Below, piece by piece: positions 16,188-26,328 of a stretch of 37,771 bases of DNA. The notes under the pieces were generated by a model. That model saw nothing but the letters and a program-made list of their open reading frames with translations. It was not told where the DNA came from and searched no databases. Position 1 is the stretch's first letter. Every line of letters starts with the position of its first letter. The position numbers and the translations under genes are program-made. Source of the stretch: Clostridia bacterium (lineage in GTDB: Bacteria; Bacillota; Clostridia; DUPQ01); assembly GCA_046484775.1 (NCBI GenBank), contig JAWOIG010000149.1, positions 1-37,771 of the forward strand, written 5' to 3'.

Positions 16188-18232
16188 TGGAGATTGCAAA
16201 GTCCTTCCCATTCACAAACCGCGAACTCAGCTGGCTTGATTTCAACTCGCGTGTTCTTGGTGAGGCTCTTGATGAAACAGTCCCGTTGCTGGAGAGGATA
16301 AAATTCATATCAATAGTTTCATCCAATCTGGATGAGTTCTTCATGGTAAGGATAGCCGGTCTTAAAGAACAGATTTCGGCAGGCTTCCTACGGACCGACC
16401 CATCCGGACTGACACCTGCAGCGCAGTTGAAGTCTGCGTCCGCAAAAATACACGGAATGGTCTCCCGCCAATACCGCTGCTTTGCAAAGACTCTGATTCC
16501 CCTTATGCATAAGAACGGAATTACCTTTACCGAACCAGAAGGTCTGACGGAAAGGCAATCCGAGTATATGTCCGAGTATTTTGATGACATTGTCTTTCCC
16601 GTCCTTACACCGATGGCAATCGACGCGGGAAGGCCTTTTCCCTTTATTCCGGGCAAGACCCTGAACATAGCTTTCCGTCTGGGGCATGAAGGCAGGGAAC
16701 ATCATGCCATAGTCAGGGTTCCATCCATAATCCCGCGAATAATCAGGATTCCCGCAGGTTTGAATGATGAATGCTATTTATTCCTAGAGAATTTGATAAT
16801 TGAAAAAGCCCAGGTCTTGTTCAAGGGTTATGATATTCTTGGTTTCACATGTTTTCGAGTTACACGAGATGCGGATCTTTCAATCGACGAGGATGACGCA
16901 GTGGATCTTCTCAGCGAAATTGAGCATCAGGTGAGGCAAAGACAGTGGGGATTGCCGGTACGACTGGAAATCGACAGAAAATCCGACGGCCAGACCCGCT
17001 CCTTCCTCTCAAGCGCACTGGATATTTCTTCCATTGACACATATTTTATAGACGGGCCGATTGACTTGTCCTGCCTTTTTGATTTTTCCTCGGTTCCCTT
17101 GAACTTTCCCGACCTAAGGTATCCGGAGCAAATTCCCGTCTTGCCGCAGTTTGCAGCCCGGGAAAGCTTGTTCGAGGCAATCTCAAAAAGCGACCTGCTC
17201 GTCCATCATCCTTATGAATCCTTTGACAAAGTGCTTGATTTTCTGAATGAAGCCGCGGACGATCCGGATGTTCTGGCAATCAAGCAGGCCCTTTACCGGG
17301 TCAGCGGCGACTCCCCCGTTGTACGGGCCCTAATAAGGGCTGCGAACAATGGCAAGCAGGTCACTGTCCTTGTTGAGCTGAAGGCTCGCTTTGACGAGGA
17401 AAACAACATTACATGGGCCAGGAAACTCGAGCTTGAAGGATGTCATGTCGTCTATGGTATCCCGGGCTTGAAAATTCATTCAAAGCTTCTGCTTGTAATC
17501 CGGAGGGAGAGGAGCGGCATCAAAAGATACATGCACCTCGGAACGGGAAATTACAATGACAGGACCGCCCGTTTATACACCGACTTCGGGTTTTTCACCG
17601 CCCGCGAAAGTTTTGCAGTTGATGTCTCATCGGTTTTTAATAATCTTACAGGGTACACTGTTGAACCCGGAATGAAAAAACTTGCCGTCGCACCCGGCGG
17701 CCTCCGGGGGTTTTTCAGCCGGATGATCAGCAACGAAATAAGAAACGCCCGGGAAGGCAGGCCTGCTAAAATAATCGCAAAGATGAACAGCCTGTCAGAC
17801 CCTGATATAATCAATCTTTTATATGAGGCTTCCTCGGCAGGCGTTGAAATAAATCTGATTGTAAGGGGAATTTGCTGCCTTAAGCCCGGAATCAAGAAAG
17901 TCAGCTCCAATATAAAGGTTAAAAGCATCATCGGCCGATACCTTGAACACAGCAGGATCTACTATTTTCATAATGGGGAAGACCCCTTGATTTATATCGG
18001 CAGCGCCGACATGATGACCAGAAACCTTGACCGGAGGGTTGAATCGCTTTTCCCCATCGAGGATGGTGAAATCAAGAAGAGAATCCTGGATGTCATTGAT
18101 ATTCTTTGGAATGAAACCGACAAGACCAGATGGCTCAAATCAGACGGGAGATATACCCTTCCCGAAAAAACCGGCAGGGAAGCTCATGTTCTTCTGTATG
18201 AATATGCAAAACACATTAATTCGGCCGATTGA
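16187..18232 (+). CDS. ppk1: Polyphosphate kinase 1
   Basis: NRELSWLDFNSRVL, SNLDEFFMVR, HHPYESF, VELKARFDEENNI, LKIHSK (phospho-His), GRYLEHSR and SADMMTRNLDRRVE. Confidence 0.98.
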   Translation: MEIAKSFPFTNRELSWLDFNSRVLGEALDETVPLLERIKFISIVSSNLDEFFMVRIAGLKEQISAGFLRTDPSGLTPAAQLKSASAKIHGMVSRQYRCFAKTLIPLMHKNGITFTEPEGLTERQSEYMSEYFDDIVFPVLTPMAIDAGRPFPFIPGKTLNIAFRLGHEGREHHAIVRVPSIIPRIIRIPAGLNDECYLFLENLIIEKAQVLFKGYDILGFTCFRVTRDADLSIDEDDAVDLLSEIEHQVRQRQWGLPVRLEIDRKSDGQTRSFLSSALDISSIDTYFIDGPIDLSCLFDFSSVPLNFPDLRYPEQIPVLPQFAARESLFEAISKSDLLVHHPYESFDKVLDFLNEAADDPDVLAIKQALYRVSGDSPVVRALIRAANNGKQVTVLVELKARFDEENNITWARKLELEGCHVVYGIPGLKIHSKLLLVIRRERSGIKRYMHLGTGNYNDRTARLYTDFGFFTARESFAVDVSSVFNNLTGYTVEPGMKKLAVAPGGLRGFFSRMISNEIRNAREGRPAKIIAKMNSLSDPDIINLLYEASSAGVEINLIVRGICCLKPGIKKVSSNIKVKSIIGRYLEHSRIYYFHNGEDPLIYIGSADMMTRNLDRRVESLFPIEDGEIKKRILDVIDILWNETDKTRWLKSDGRYTLPEKTGREAHVLLYEYAKHINSAD

Positions 18233-18322
18233 TCAGATGTTTACTGCCTCATGCCTCTCCCCGGGCCATGCAAACATTTCTCGATTGAATCACGCAAGCG
18301 GCTTGTTTATTTGTTATCTTGC

Positions 18323-18778
18323 CTACCGGCATAAAAGCCCGTACTCCCTCAGAATTATTCTGTCCGGCGGATTGATTTCCGCCGGCAGGCTGTCCATGTT
18401 GAAAAAAGCCGCATTGCTGCTTTCGATTCCATCGGCATTGATGATTCCTTCATATCCATCTGAGATGAAAATGCATACTGCATTGTAAACCTCATCCCCG
18501 TTGGGATAAACATGACGCATTTCTTTTCCCGAGAACAGCTTCATCATCCGCAGCTTTCTTACGGTAAGCCCTGTTTCTTCCCGGACCTCCCTTTTTGCGG
18601 CTTCCTCGAACGTCTCTCCCAGCTCCATGCTCCCTCCCGGAATCCCCCATGTATCATTGTCCGTGCGTTTTATAAGAAGAATCCTGTTCCCGCCATCCCT
18701 GACGATTACCCCGCTTCCCACAAGGAACATGGGTTTATGACCGATCATGCGGCGCATGCTCTTAATATAGTCGTTCAT
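18323..18778 (-). CDS. NUDIX hydrolase (MutT-like)
   Basis: Nudix box GGSMELGETFEEAAKREVREETGL and YPNGDEV. Start at ATG 18778 (MNDYIKSMRRMIGH), overlapping the upstream gene end. Confidence 0.92.
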   Translation of the reverse strand: MNDYIKSMRRMIGHKPMFLVGSGVIVRDGGNRILLIKRTDNDTWGIPGGSMELGETFEEAAKREVREETGLTVRKLRMMKLFSGKEMRHVYPNGDEVYNAVCIFISDGYEGIINADGIESSNAAFFNMDSLPAEINPPDRIILREYGLLCR

Positions 18779-19838
18779 AATGTCTTTCACTCGAAGCCCG
18801 CAGCTGTTCAAGAAGAACACTGCCTTCTTCAACCGACGGAGCGTCCACACCGATTATTATATTCCGTTTTTCCGGCCATTTTCCGTCAAGGAGATCCATC
18901 ATGGTCCGGCTATTGCTGTTGGTCCAGCAATATACCGGTACGTTTTCAGGCGCCAGGGAGCATACGGACTCAAGCGAATGAAGCGAATCATCATAATCAA
19001 ACCCGGTAACCGGGGGCATGTTTATAAAACTGTTGATTACTTCGGGATAAGTCCCGCAATAGTGTATCCGTCCTCCACCGATCGATTCAAGAAATCTTAT
19101 GTCCCTTTTCAATATGAATTCCCTGTACATCACGGGGCTTATCAGATGAACCGTACAGTTGCTTATTCTTCCGGCTCCCTGCCATAGGCTTCCCCAGTCG
19201 AAGAACCAGCCGTCCCTGTTTGTCGTCAACGGTGCCAGGCCTTTTATAAGATCAATCAGATAATCAGTTATGAAATCAAGAAAATATCCGAGCTCATCCG
19301 GGTTGTCGTAAAAATCGAAGATTATATCGTTTCCCCTTATCAAGTGTGCATTATTGAAGGGACCCTGGGTATCAGGCAGTTGGATTTCCACGCCTTCGGG
19401 GAGATTTTCCCGGTAAAACTGTGTGAACTCATGCAGCCTGCCATACCAACCGGCGAATTTCCCCGGCCTGCCCAGTTTGTCCACGTCCCGTATGTCATGA
19501 AGCACGTGTGTGCTTGCGCAAGGCAGGTTGTTTGGCGGGATATATATTTCACATCCGAATGCCGCGGCTATCTGAGCGGTCCCGAAATTCACCCTTGCGG
19601 CGGGAACCCTATCATCCCCGACCTTCACATGCGCACTGATCGTCCTTAACTCATCCTCGAACATTTTCTTCGGATCCGCCAGTCTTTCTTCCCATCTGTA
19701 TGTTTCCAAAGGTGTGTTTATAACAAACATGGGCATGCTGTCCGCAGGTTTCAGGCGCATTGTTTTATATTTTTCGTATGTTGCTGCAAATCTTTCAAGC
19801 TGCTTGTCGCTGAAATGCAATATATTTGAATAATCCAT
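18762..19838 (-). CDS. Uroporphyrinogen decarboxylase / MtaA-CmuA superfamily protein
   Basis: VNFGTAQIAAAFG, PDTQGPFNNAHLIRGNDIIFDFYDNPD, LISPVMYREF and IHYCG motifs. Confidence 0.75.
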   Translation of the reverse strand: MDYSNILHFSDKQLERFAATYEKYKTMRLKPADSMPMFVINTPLETYRWEERLADPKKMFEDELRTISAHVKVGDDRVPAARVNFGTAQIAAAFGCEIYIPPNNLPCASTHVLHDIRDVDKLGRPGKFAGWYGRLHEFTQFYRENLPEGVEIQLPDTQGPFNNAHLIRGNDIIFDFYDNPDELGYFLDFITDYLIDLIKGLAPLTTNRDGWFFDWGSLWQGAGRISNCTVHLISPVMYREFILKRDIRFLESIGGGRIHYCGTYPEVINSFINMPPVTGFDYDDSLHSLESVCSLAPENVPVYCWTNSNSRTMMDLLDGKWPEKRNIIIGVDAPSVEEGSVLLEQLRASSERHYERLY

Positions 19839-19861
19839 ATAAAAACCATCCTTACCTGATG

Positions 19862-19890
19862 ATTATATTTCCTGAAGGGCAAACAATCAA
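19862..19890 (-). promoter_or_regulatory. SigA-type promoter of the UroD-like/NUDIX operon
   Basis: TTGATT, 17-nt spacer, TATAAT, followed by AAGGATGG SD and ATG 19838. Confidence 0.65.
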
Positions 19891-19950
19891 TTCATAAAAC
19901 ATCTGTGTGTTTCATGTTTTTATCCGGGTTCTGATTTTCATGAGACTGCC

Positions 19951-21435
19951 TTATGGAAGTATGGTGGATCCCATGAGAAACCTATCGACCTCCCTTGCTG
20001 CTCCGCGGCCTTCCATGATCGCCCATACCACCAGGCTCTGGCCTCTTCTCATGTCTCCCGCCGCAAATACCTTTCCGACATTAGTCCCGTACGCGCCCGG
20101 CTTCGTCATTGTGTTTCCACTCCCGTCCGTTTTTATTCCAAAAGCGTTCATAAGGTCTTTTTCCGGTCCTGTGAATCCCATCGCAAGCAAAACCATATCA
20201 GCCTCATGAGTCATCTCCGTCCCTTCGATTTCCCCGGGGAAAAAACGGCCTTCATGATCCCTTTTCCATTCGATGCCGACAGTTTTCAATCCCGTGACAT
20301 TATTTCCGTCATCCCCTGTGAAATCTTTTGTGGAAATACAATATACCCTTGGGTCCGTCCCGAACAATGCAATGCATTCTTTCTGTCCATAATCGACTTT
20401 CTTTATCTTTGGATATTCCGGCCATGGATTATCAGAGGTCCTCCCGGCAGCAGCCTCGGGCATTATCTCGAACTGCCGGACGCTTTTGCAACCCTGCCGT
20501 ATGGTCGTTGCAACACAGTCGTTTCCGGTATCCCCGCCCCCTATTACTATTACATTTTTATCTTTTGCCGATATGAACTTTCCGTCTTCGTGTTTTGAAT
20601 CCAAATAACTCTTTGTATTCGACGACAAGTATTCCACTGCAAAATGTATCCCGTTCAAATTCCTTCCCTCTATATTCAAATCCCGCGGCACGGTTGATCC
20701 ACAGCATAAAACAATGGCGTCATACTTTTCCATCAATTCCCCTGCCTGCAAATCCCGTCCCACTTCAGTTCCCGTTACAAACTCTATGCCTTCAGCTTTC
20801 ATAAGGTCAATCCTGCGCTTAACTATCCCTTTCTCCAGCTTCATTGAAGGAATGCCATACATCATAAGGCCGCCCGCCCTGTCGTCCCTTTCATATACTG
20901 TGACCCTGTGCCCCACTTTGTTAAGTTGATCAGCGCATGCAAGGCCGGCCGGACCGCTTCCCACAACAGCGACGCCCTTTACCGTTCTCTTGACCGGTAT
21001 GAACGGTTTGACCCAGCCCTGTTCAAAGGCTCTTTCTATTATTGCCATCTCATTGTTCTTTATTGTTATCTGTGGATTGATTATCCCCAGGGTGCAGGAG
21101 CCTTCGCACGGCGCGGGACACACACGCCCCGTAAATTCCGGAAAATTGTTTGTTTTTGCAAGCCTTTCATAAGCAGCCTCCCACAGTCCGTTGAAAATCA
21201 GATTGTTCCATTCAGGTATCAGGTTGTTAAGAGGACAACCGCTCGGCATGCCGTTTAAAATTATTCCGCTGTGGCAAAACGGCGTTCCGCAGTCCATGCA
21301 TCGCGCGGCCTGCTCAATTCTCTCTTCATCCAAAATCGAAAGCATGAATTCATTCCAGTCCCTGATTCGTTCAAGCTCCGGTCTGCAAGGCAGTTCTTTT
21401 CTTGTGTGCTCCATGAATCCCGTGGGTTTTCCCAT
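19951..21435 (-). CDS. gltD: Glutamate synthase small (beta) subunit
   Basis: MGKPTGF start, RCMDCGTPFC, FTGRVCPAPCEGSC, VVGSGPAGL, IGGGDTGNDC and GDMRRGQSLVVWAI. Confidence 0.97.
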   Translation of the reverse strand: MGKPTGFMEHTRKELPCRPELERIRDWNEFMLSILDEERIEQAARCMDCGTPFCHSGIILNGMPSGCPLNNLIPEWNNLIFNGLWEAAYERLAKTNNFPEFTGRVCPAPCEGSCTLGIINPQITIKNNEMAIIERAFEQGWVKPFIPVKRTVKGVAVVGSGPAGLACADQLNKVGHRVTVYERDDRAGGLMMYGIPSMKLEKGIVKRRIDLMKAEGIEFVTGTEVGRDLQAGELMEKYDAIVLCCGSTVPRDLNIEGRNLNGIHFAVEYLSSNTKSYLDSKHEDGKFISAKDKNVIVIGGGDTGNDCVATTIRQGCKSVRQFEIMPEAAAGRTSDNPWPEYPKIKKVDYGQKECIALFGTDPRVYCISTKDFTGDDGNNVTGLKTVGIEWKRDHEGRFFPGEIEGTEMTHEADMVLLAMGFTGPEKDLMNAFGIKTDGSGNTMTKPGAYGTNVGKVFAAGDMRRGQSLVVWAIMEGRGAAREVDRFLMGSTILP

Positions 21436-21447
21436 TTTAAGGCCCTC

Positions 21448-24400
21448 CTATACGGCATACCTGCGAAAAGCCGCAAACCGGGCGGTTTCTTCATCCGCCC
21501 CACCATCCATCGCTTCTTCTATCGCGGTTATTATGTTTTTATAATCAACGGGTATTACCTTGACGAATCTGTCGATCGTTTCTTCCCATTTGTCAAGCAA
21601 TCTTTCGGCAAGCGAGCTGCCCGTGTATGTAAAATGTCTCTTTATCATGCTTCTTACAAAATCGGCCTCTTCGTTCCTTGTAAGTCTTTCCAAAAGAACC
21701 ATGTCCCTGTTCACGAATTTATCAAAACTTCCGTCATCGTCATATACATAGGCTGTTCCGCCCGACATTCCGGCGGCGAAATTCCTCCCCACTTTTCCAA
21801 GGACAATAACCCTTCCGCCCGTCATGTATTCGCACCCGTGGTCGCCAACGCCTTCTACAACAGCGTTGACACCGCTGTTTCTTACGCAGAATCTTTCTCC
21901 TGCCACTCCATTGATATATGCTTCGCCGCCTGTTGCGCCATAAAAGGCGACATTCCCGATTATAATGTTTTCCTCCGGCTTGAAATCAGACTCCTCCGGG
22001 CATTTGACTATGATCTTTCCGCCCGACAAACCCTTTCCGATATAGTCGTTGCTGTCTCCCTCAAGATGAAGGGATATGCCCTTGGGCATGAATGCGCCGT
22101 AACTTTGTCCCGCAGACCCCTTCATATACAGACAAATCGTATCTTCCCTGAGCCCTTGGTCTGCATATATCCTGCTTATCTTGCTGCCGACATAGGTTCC
22201 GATATCCCTGTCCGTATTTCCTACGGGCAGGACCGCCGTTGTTTTTTTACCGCTGGCTATCGAATCATGAAGAAGGTGGTCAAGCACACGATAATCATAT
22301 GATTTTTCTATGCCGTGGTTCTGCTTCCTGCTGTTGTATCTTGTGCTGCCTTCCGGGAGTGCGGGCATGTAAAACAGCGACTTTAAGTCAAGGCCCCTGG
22401 TTTTATAATTATCTTCTTGCCGGCCGGCTTTCAAAAGATCCGCCCTTCCGACAAGCTCATCCAGCTTCCTGAATCCCATCCGTGCCATGTGCTCCCTCAT
22501 CTCCCCGGCGATGAATCTCATGAAATTCACTACATATTCAGGTTTCCCCTTGAAATTCTTCCTCAGTTCCGGGTTCTGGGTTGCAACTCCCACCGGGCAG
22601 GTGTCAAGATTGCAGACCCTCATCATGACGCATCCTATTGCCACAAGCGGAGCGGTGGAAAATCCGAATTCCTCGGCGCCAAGAAGAGCCGCGATTATTA
22701 CATCCCTTCCCGTCATAAGCTTGCCGTCGGTTTCCAGCTTGACCCGGTCCCTGAGGTTATTGAGAATCAGGGTCTGGTTCACCTCCGCAAGCCCAAGTTC
22801 CCATGGAAGGCCGGCATGCTTCATGCTTGTCCTTGGCGCCGCGCCCGTGCCTCCGTCATATCCGCTTATCAGAATAACATCAGCCTTGCCTTTGGCAACG
22901 CCGGCAGCTATGGTTCCTACCCCGACCTCTGATACAAGCTTTACATTTATAAGAGCTTCCGAGTTGGCCATCTTTAAATCGTGTATCAACTGAGCCAAAT
23001 CCTCAATCGAATAAATGTCATGGTGAGGCGGGGGAGAAATGAGTCCTACACCAGGGGTTGACAATCTGGACTTTGCTATCCATGGGTATACCTTTCTTCC
23101 CGGCAACTGGCCGCCCTCGCCCGGTTTTGCGCCCTGGGCCATTTTTATCTGAATTTCCTTTGAGTTGACGAGATAATGGCTGGTAACCCCGAATCTTCCC
23201 GAAGCAACCTGCTTTATGGCACTGCAGCGCGAATCTCCGTTTGAATCACGTATGAACCGGTCGGGTATCTCACCGCCTTCGCCGGTATTGCTTTTGGCAC
23301 CAAGCCGGTTCATCGCAATCGCCAGCGTTTCATGGGCTTCCTGGCTTATGGATCCATATGACATGGCGCCTGTCTTGAACCTCCTGACGATTTCATCGAT
23401 GCTCTCGACCTCGCCGATGGGAACGGGTTCGTAAGGCGAGTCTATTTCAAGCAGGCTTCTTATCGTTGCCTTCTCCCCATTTTCAAACATTCCCGAATAT
23501 TCCTTGAAAAGCGAGTATTTGCCCGTTCTGCATGCCTGCTGAAGCTTTTGTATCGTTCCCGGATTGTACAGATGGTACTCGCCGTTGCTTCTGTATTTAT
23601 AGTCGCCTCCCGGCTCGGGAATATAGTTCCTTCTCATTATGTCGAATGCAAAACGATGTCTTTCAACGGCTTCACGGCCGATATCCTTGATGTCAAGGCC
23701 CCCTATCCTGGATGGTGTTCCGGTAAAATATTCTTTGATAACACCAGCGCCTATTCCCAGCGCCTCGAATATCTGAGCTCCCTGATAACTCAGCAATGTC
23801 GATATTCCCATCTTTGACATCACCTTGACTATTCCTTTTGTAACGGCCTTTACATAATTGTATTCCGCGGCTTCGTAATCCGTTTCCCTTATGGTTCCTT
23901 CCGTTATCATGTCCCTGATGCTTTCAAAAACGAGATATGGGTTTACCGCGCTTGCGCCATAACCGATCAGCGCCGCGAAATGATGGACTTCCCTTGGTTC
24001 ACCGGATTCCACTATTATGCTGACCCTGGTCCTCTTCCCGTTTTTTATAAGATAATGGTGAAGGCCTGAGGAAGCAAGCAGCGCGGGAATAGGCGCATTT
24101 GATGAATTTATCCCCCTGTCTGAAAGAATCAGAATATTGGCGCTGTCTTCTATGGCCTTGTCGGCGGTTTCAAAAACCCGTATCATCGCCTCTGCCAGAG
24201 CTTCCCCTCCGTCGTCGGGAGAGAACAATATTGGTATCGTGAATGATTTGAAGCCTTCTTCATCAATGTTTTTCAATATTGCCATCTGGCCGTTGGTCAG
24301 CAGCGGCGACTCGATCTTTATCTGGCGGGCGCTGAGCTCCTCGGCGTTCAGAAGATTTTTCTGTGAACCGATGTACATCTCCGTTCCCGTGACTATCTCC

Positions 24401-26001
24401 TCCCGTATTGCATCAATGGGGGGGTTCGTAACCTGCGCAAACAACTGCTTGAAATAGTTGTAAAGAAGCTGCGGTTTTTTTGAAAGCACGGCGAGGGGCG
24501 AATCATTTCCCATCGCTCCGATTGATTCCTCCCCGGTCTCCGCCATCGGTTTTATAAGAAGATTCAAATCTTCATATGTATATCCAAAGGCGTACCTGTA
24601 CTTGTTTGGATTCATCAACGGCGGCATTTCTTCGGGCTCGCAGCCAACTGTGTACAGGGTCTTCATGTTGTCCTTTATCCATTTGCCGTAGGGTTTTTCT
24701 TTCGAAATCGTTCTTTTCAGTTCCTCGTCGCCTATGATTCTGCCCGCCTCGGTATCAACCAGCAGCATCCTGCCCGGCCTAAGCCTTTCCTTATATAGAA
24801 TCTCGTCCTCTTCTATGTCGAGAACACCTACTTCAGAAGCTAGTACAAGCATATTGTCCTTGGTTACGTAATATCTTGAAGGCCGGAGTCCGTTCCTGTC
24901 CAGAACGGCCCCCAAAGTAGTTCCGTCAGTGAAAACTATTGCGGCGGGGCCATCCCATGGTTCCATCAGGCATGAATGAAATTCGTAGAAATCCCGCTTG
25001 TATTTCTCCATGTTCTTGTTCCTTGACCATGGCTCGGGTATCATCATCATCGCCGAATATGCCAGAGACCTTCCCGAAAGGTGAAGAAACTCCATGCAGT
25101 TGTCAAACATCGCCGAGTCGCTTCCATTTGAATTTATTATCGGGTATACCTTCGACAACTCATCTCCGAAGGCATCTGACGCAAGCATGGATTTTCTGGC
25201 GTTTATCCAGTTTACATTTCCATGCAGCGTGTTGATTTCGCCGTTGTGGATTATGTATCTGTTCGGGTGCGCCCTTTCCCAGCTTGGGAATGTATTTGTG
25301 CTGTAGCGCGAATGAACGGTGGCAATTGCGGATTTGAACGAAGGATGCGTCAGGTCCTTGTAAAATCTTCCGACTTGTTCCGCGAGCAGCATGCCTTTGT
25401 AAACTATTGTCCGGGATGACAGGCTGGGAATATAGAATCCGTCGATTTTTTCCCGTTCAAGAGTATTTTCCGTCTGTTTTCTTATAATGTACAGCTTTCT
25501 TTCAAAGTCCATCTCCGTTGAGAGGTCTTCCGAACGGGCTATGAATGCCTGCATTATAAAAGGCATGCATTCAAGGGCTGTTTTTCCAAGACATGTATCC
25601 TCCAGGGGGAGCTTTCTCCAACCAAGGAATTCCTGACCTTCCCTTGACACCGACTGCTCGAAAATATACTGGCAGTGCTGTCTTAGCTCAAGATTTTGCG
25701 GTAAGAAAAACATCCCGACCGCATACCTTCCGGCCTCGGGAAGCTTTATCTGCGCCTGAGCGCATGCCTTTTTAAAAAATTGGTGTGGAATCTGCAGAAG
25801 GATTCCCGCTCCGTCCCCGGACTTTTCATCCGACCCGCTGGCTCCGCGGTGTTCTAGATTAATCAGTATTTCCAATGCCCTGGTTACCACTTTATGTGAT
25901 TTTTTCCCGTCTATGCTGACAATGGCCCCAATCCCGCAGGCATCGTGCTCATAATCCGGATCATACAATCCTTGCTTCAAAGGATATCCATATTGATTCA
26001 T
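21448..26001 (-). CDS. gltB: Glutamate synthase large (alpha) subunit
   Basis: EHDA|CGIG Ntn Cys, HSRYSTNTFPSW, EPWDGPA, SNTGEGGE, QGAKPGEGGQLPG, GCVMMRVCNLDTCP and C-terminal GXGXG domain; 1517 aa. Confidence 0.98.
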   Translation of the reverse strand: MNQYGYPLKQGLYDPDYEHDACGIGAIVSIDGKKSHKVVTRALEILINLEHRGASGSDEKSGDGAGILLQIPHQFFKKACAQAQIKLPEAGRYAVGMFFLPQNLELRQHCQYIFEQSVSREGQEFLGWRKLPLEDTCLGKTALECMPFIMQAFIARSEDLSTEMDFERKLYIIRKQTENTLEREKIDGFYIPSLSSRTIVYKGMLLAEQVGRFYKDLTHPSFKSAIATVHSRYSTNTFPSWERAHPNRYIIHNGEINTLHGNVNWINARKSMLASDAFGDELSKVYPIINSNGSDSAMFDNCMEFLHLSGRSLAYSAMMMIPEPWSRNKNMEKYKRDFYEFHSCLMEPWDGPAAIVFTDGTTLGAVLDRNGLRPSRYYVTKDNMLVLASEVGVLDIEEDEILYKERLRPGRMLLVDTEAGRIIGDEELKRTISKEKPYGKWIKDNMKTLYTVGCEPEEMPPLMNPNKYRYAFGYTYEDLNLLIKPMAETGEESIGAMGNDSPLAVLSKKPQLLYNYFKQLFAQVTNPPIDAIREEIVTGTEMYIGSQKNLLNAEELSARQIKIESPLLTNGQMAILKNIDEEGFKSFTIPILFSPDDGGEALAEAMIRVFETADKAIEDSANILILSDRGINSSNAPIPALLASSGLHHYLIKNGKRTRVSIIVESGEPREVHHFAALIGYGASAVNPYLVFESIRDMITEGTIRETDYEAAEYNYVKAVTKGIVKVMSKMGISTLLSYQGAQIFEALGIGAGVIKEYFTGTPSRIGGLDIKDIGREAVERHRFAFDIMRRNYIPEPGGDYKYRSNGEYHLYNPGTIQKLQQACRTGKYSLFKEYSGMFENGEKATIRSLLEIDSPYEPVPIGEVESIDEIVRRFKTGAMSYGSISQEAHETLAIAMNRLGAKSNTGEGGEIPDRFIRDSNGDSRCSAIKQVASGRFGVTSHYLVNSKEIQIKMAQGAKPGEGGQLPGRKVYPWIAKSRLSTPGVGLISPPPHHDIYSIEDLAQLIHDLKMANSEALINVKLVSEVGVGTIAAGVAKGKADVILISGYDGGTGAAPRTSMKHAGLPWELGLAEVNQTLILNNLRDRVKLETDGKLMTGRDVIIAALLGAEEFGFSTAPLVAIGCVMMRVCNLDTCPVGVATQNPELRKNFKGKPEYVVNFMRFIAGEMREHMARMGFRKLDELVGRADLLKAGRQEDNYKTRGLDLKSLFYMPALPEGSTRYNSRKQNHGIEKSYDYRVLDHLLHDSIASGKKTTAVLPVGNTDRDIGTYVGSKISRIYADQGLREDTICLYMKGSAGQSYGAFMPKGISLHLEGDSNDYIGKGLSGGKIIVKCPEESDFKPEENIIIGNVAFYGATGGEAYINGVAGERFCVRNSGVNAVVEGVGDHGCEYMTGGRVIVLGKVGRNFAAGMSGGTAYVYDDDGSFDKFVNRDMVLLERLTRNEEADFVRSMIKRHFTYTGSSLAERLLDKWEETIDRFVKVIPVDYKNIITAIEEAMDGGADEETARFAAFRRYAV

Positions 26002-26085
26002 GGCCGTTGTTCCTGCCTTTCCCCCGTCGTCGGACTTTCCTCGCTTTTTTCGGCTGCCGTTGCTTTCCCGCTTAAATTACTCAGT

Positions 26086-26114
26086 ATTTTATCACGCAGC
26101 TTATGCAATATCAA
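26086..26114 (-). promoter_or_regulatory. SigA-type promoter of gltBD
   Basis: TTGATA, 17-nt spacer, TAAAAT with extended TG, about 85 nt upstream of the gltB ATG. Confidence 0.65.
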
Positions 26115-26302
26115 TGTAAAAATCGGTTATTTTGCAATATTTTGATTTTTTTCTTGCATTTTGCTATCTAAATTGTTTAATTGCATCTAAATTTTGATTA
26201 TAATATGCAATTTTTTGAATTGCAGTCCATCTCACAATGTTCCTGCGCGGATTAACCTGCCCGGGAAATTGCATAAACAGGCTGATTTCAAAACCGCGTT
26301 GA

Positions 26303-26328
26303 AATCCCCGCAAATTTTTGCGGGGATT
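26303..26328. terminator. Strong hairpin, probable terminator of the lipoprotein gene
   Basis: AATCCCCGCAA-ATTT-TTGCGGGGATT, an 11-bp perfect stem 43 nt after the stop at 26372; U tracts are weak on both strands. Confidence 0.55.

Noticed and set aside
21271-22302. Long opposite-strand or alternate-frame ORFs (e.g. 21271-22302, 1567-2274, 2810-3406, 13238-13867, 27981-28580, 4981-5472)
   Set aside because: They are shadows of well-supported genes, with no motifs or SD sequences.
26031-26042. GAGGAAAGTCCG on the minus strand, matching the RNase P RNA 5' signature
   Set aside because: It lies 30 nt before the gltB start, leaving no room for a 350-400 nt RNA, and I see no matching 3' P4 strand.
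26002-26070. ANTAR-like AGCAACGG motif and an open frame ending in ATGA in the gltB leader
   Set aside because: No tandem hairpins or terminator, and the frame has no start codon downstream of the predicted promoter.
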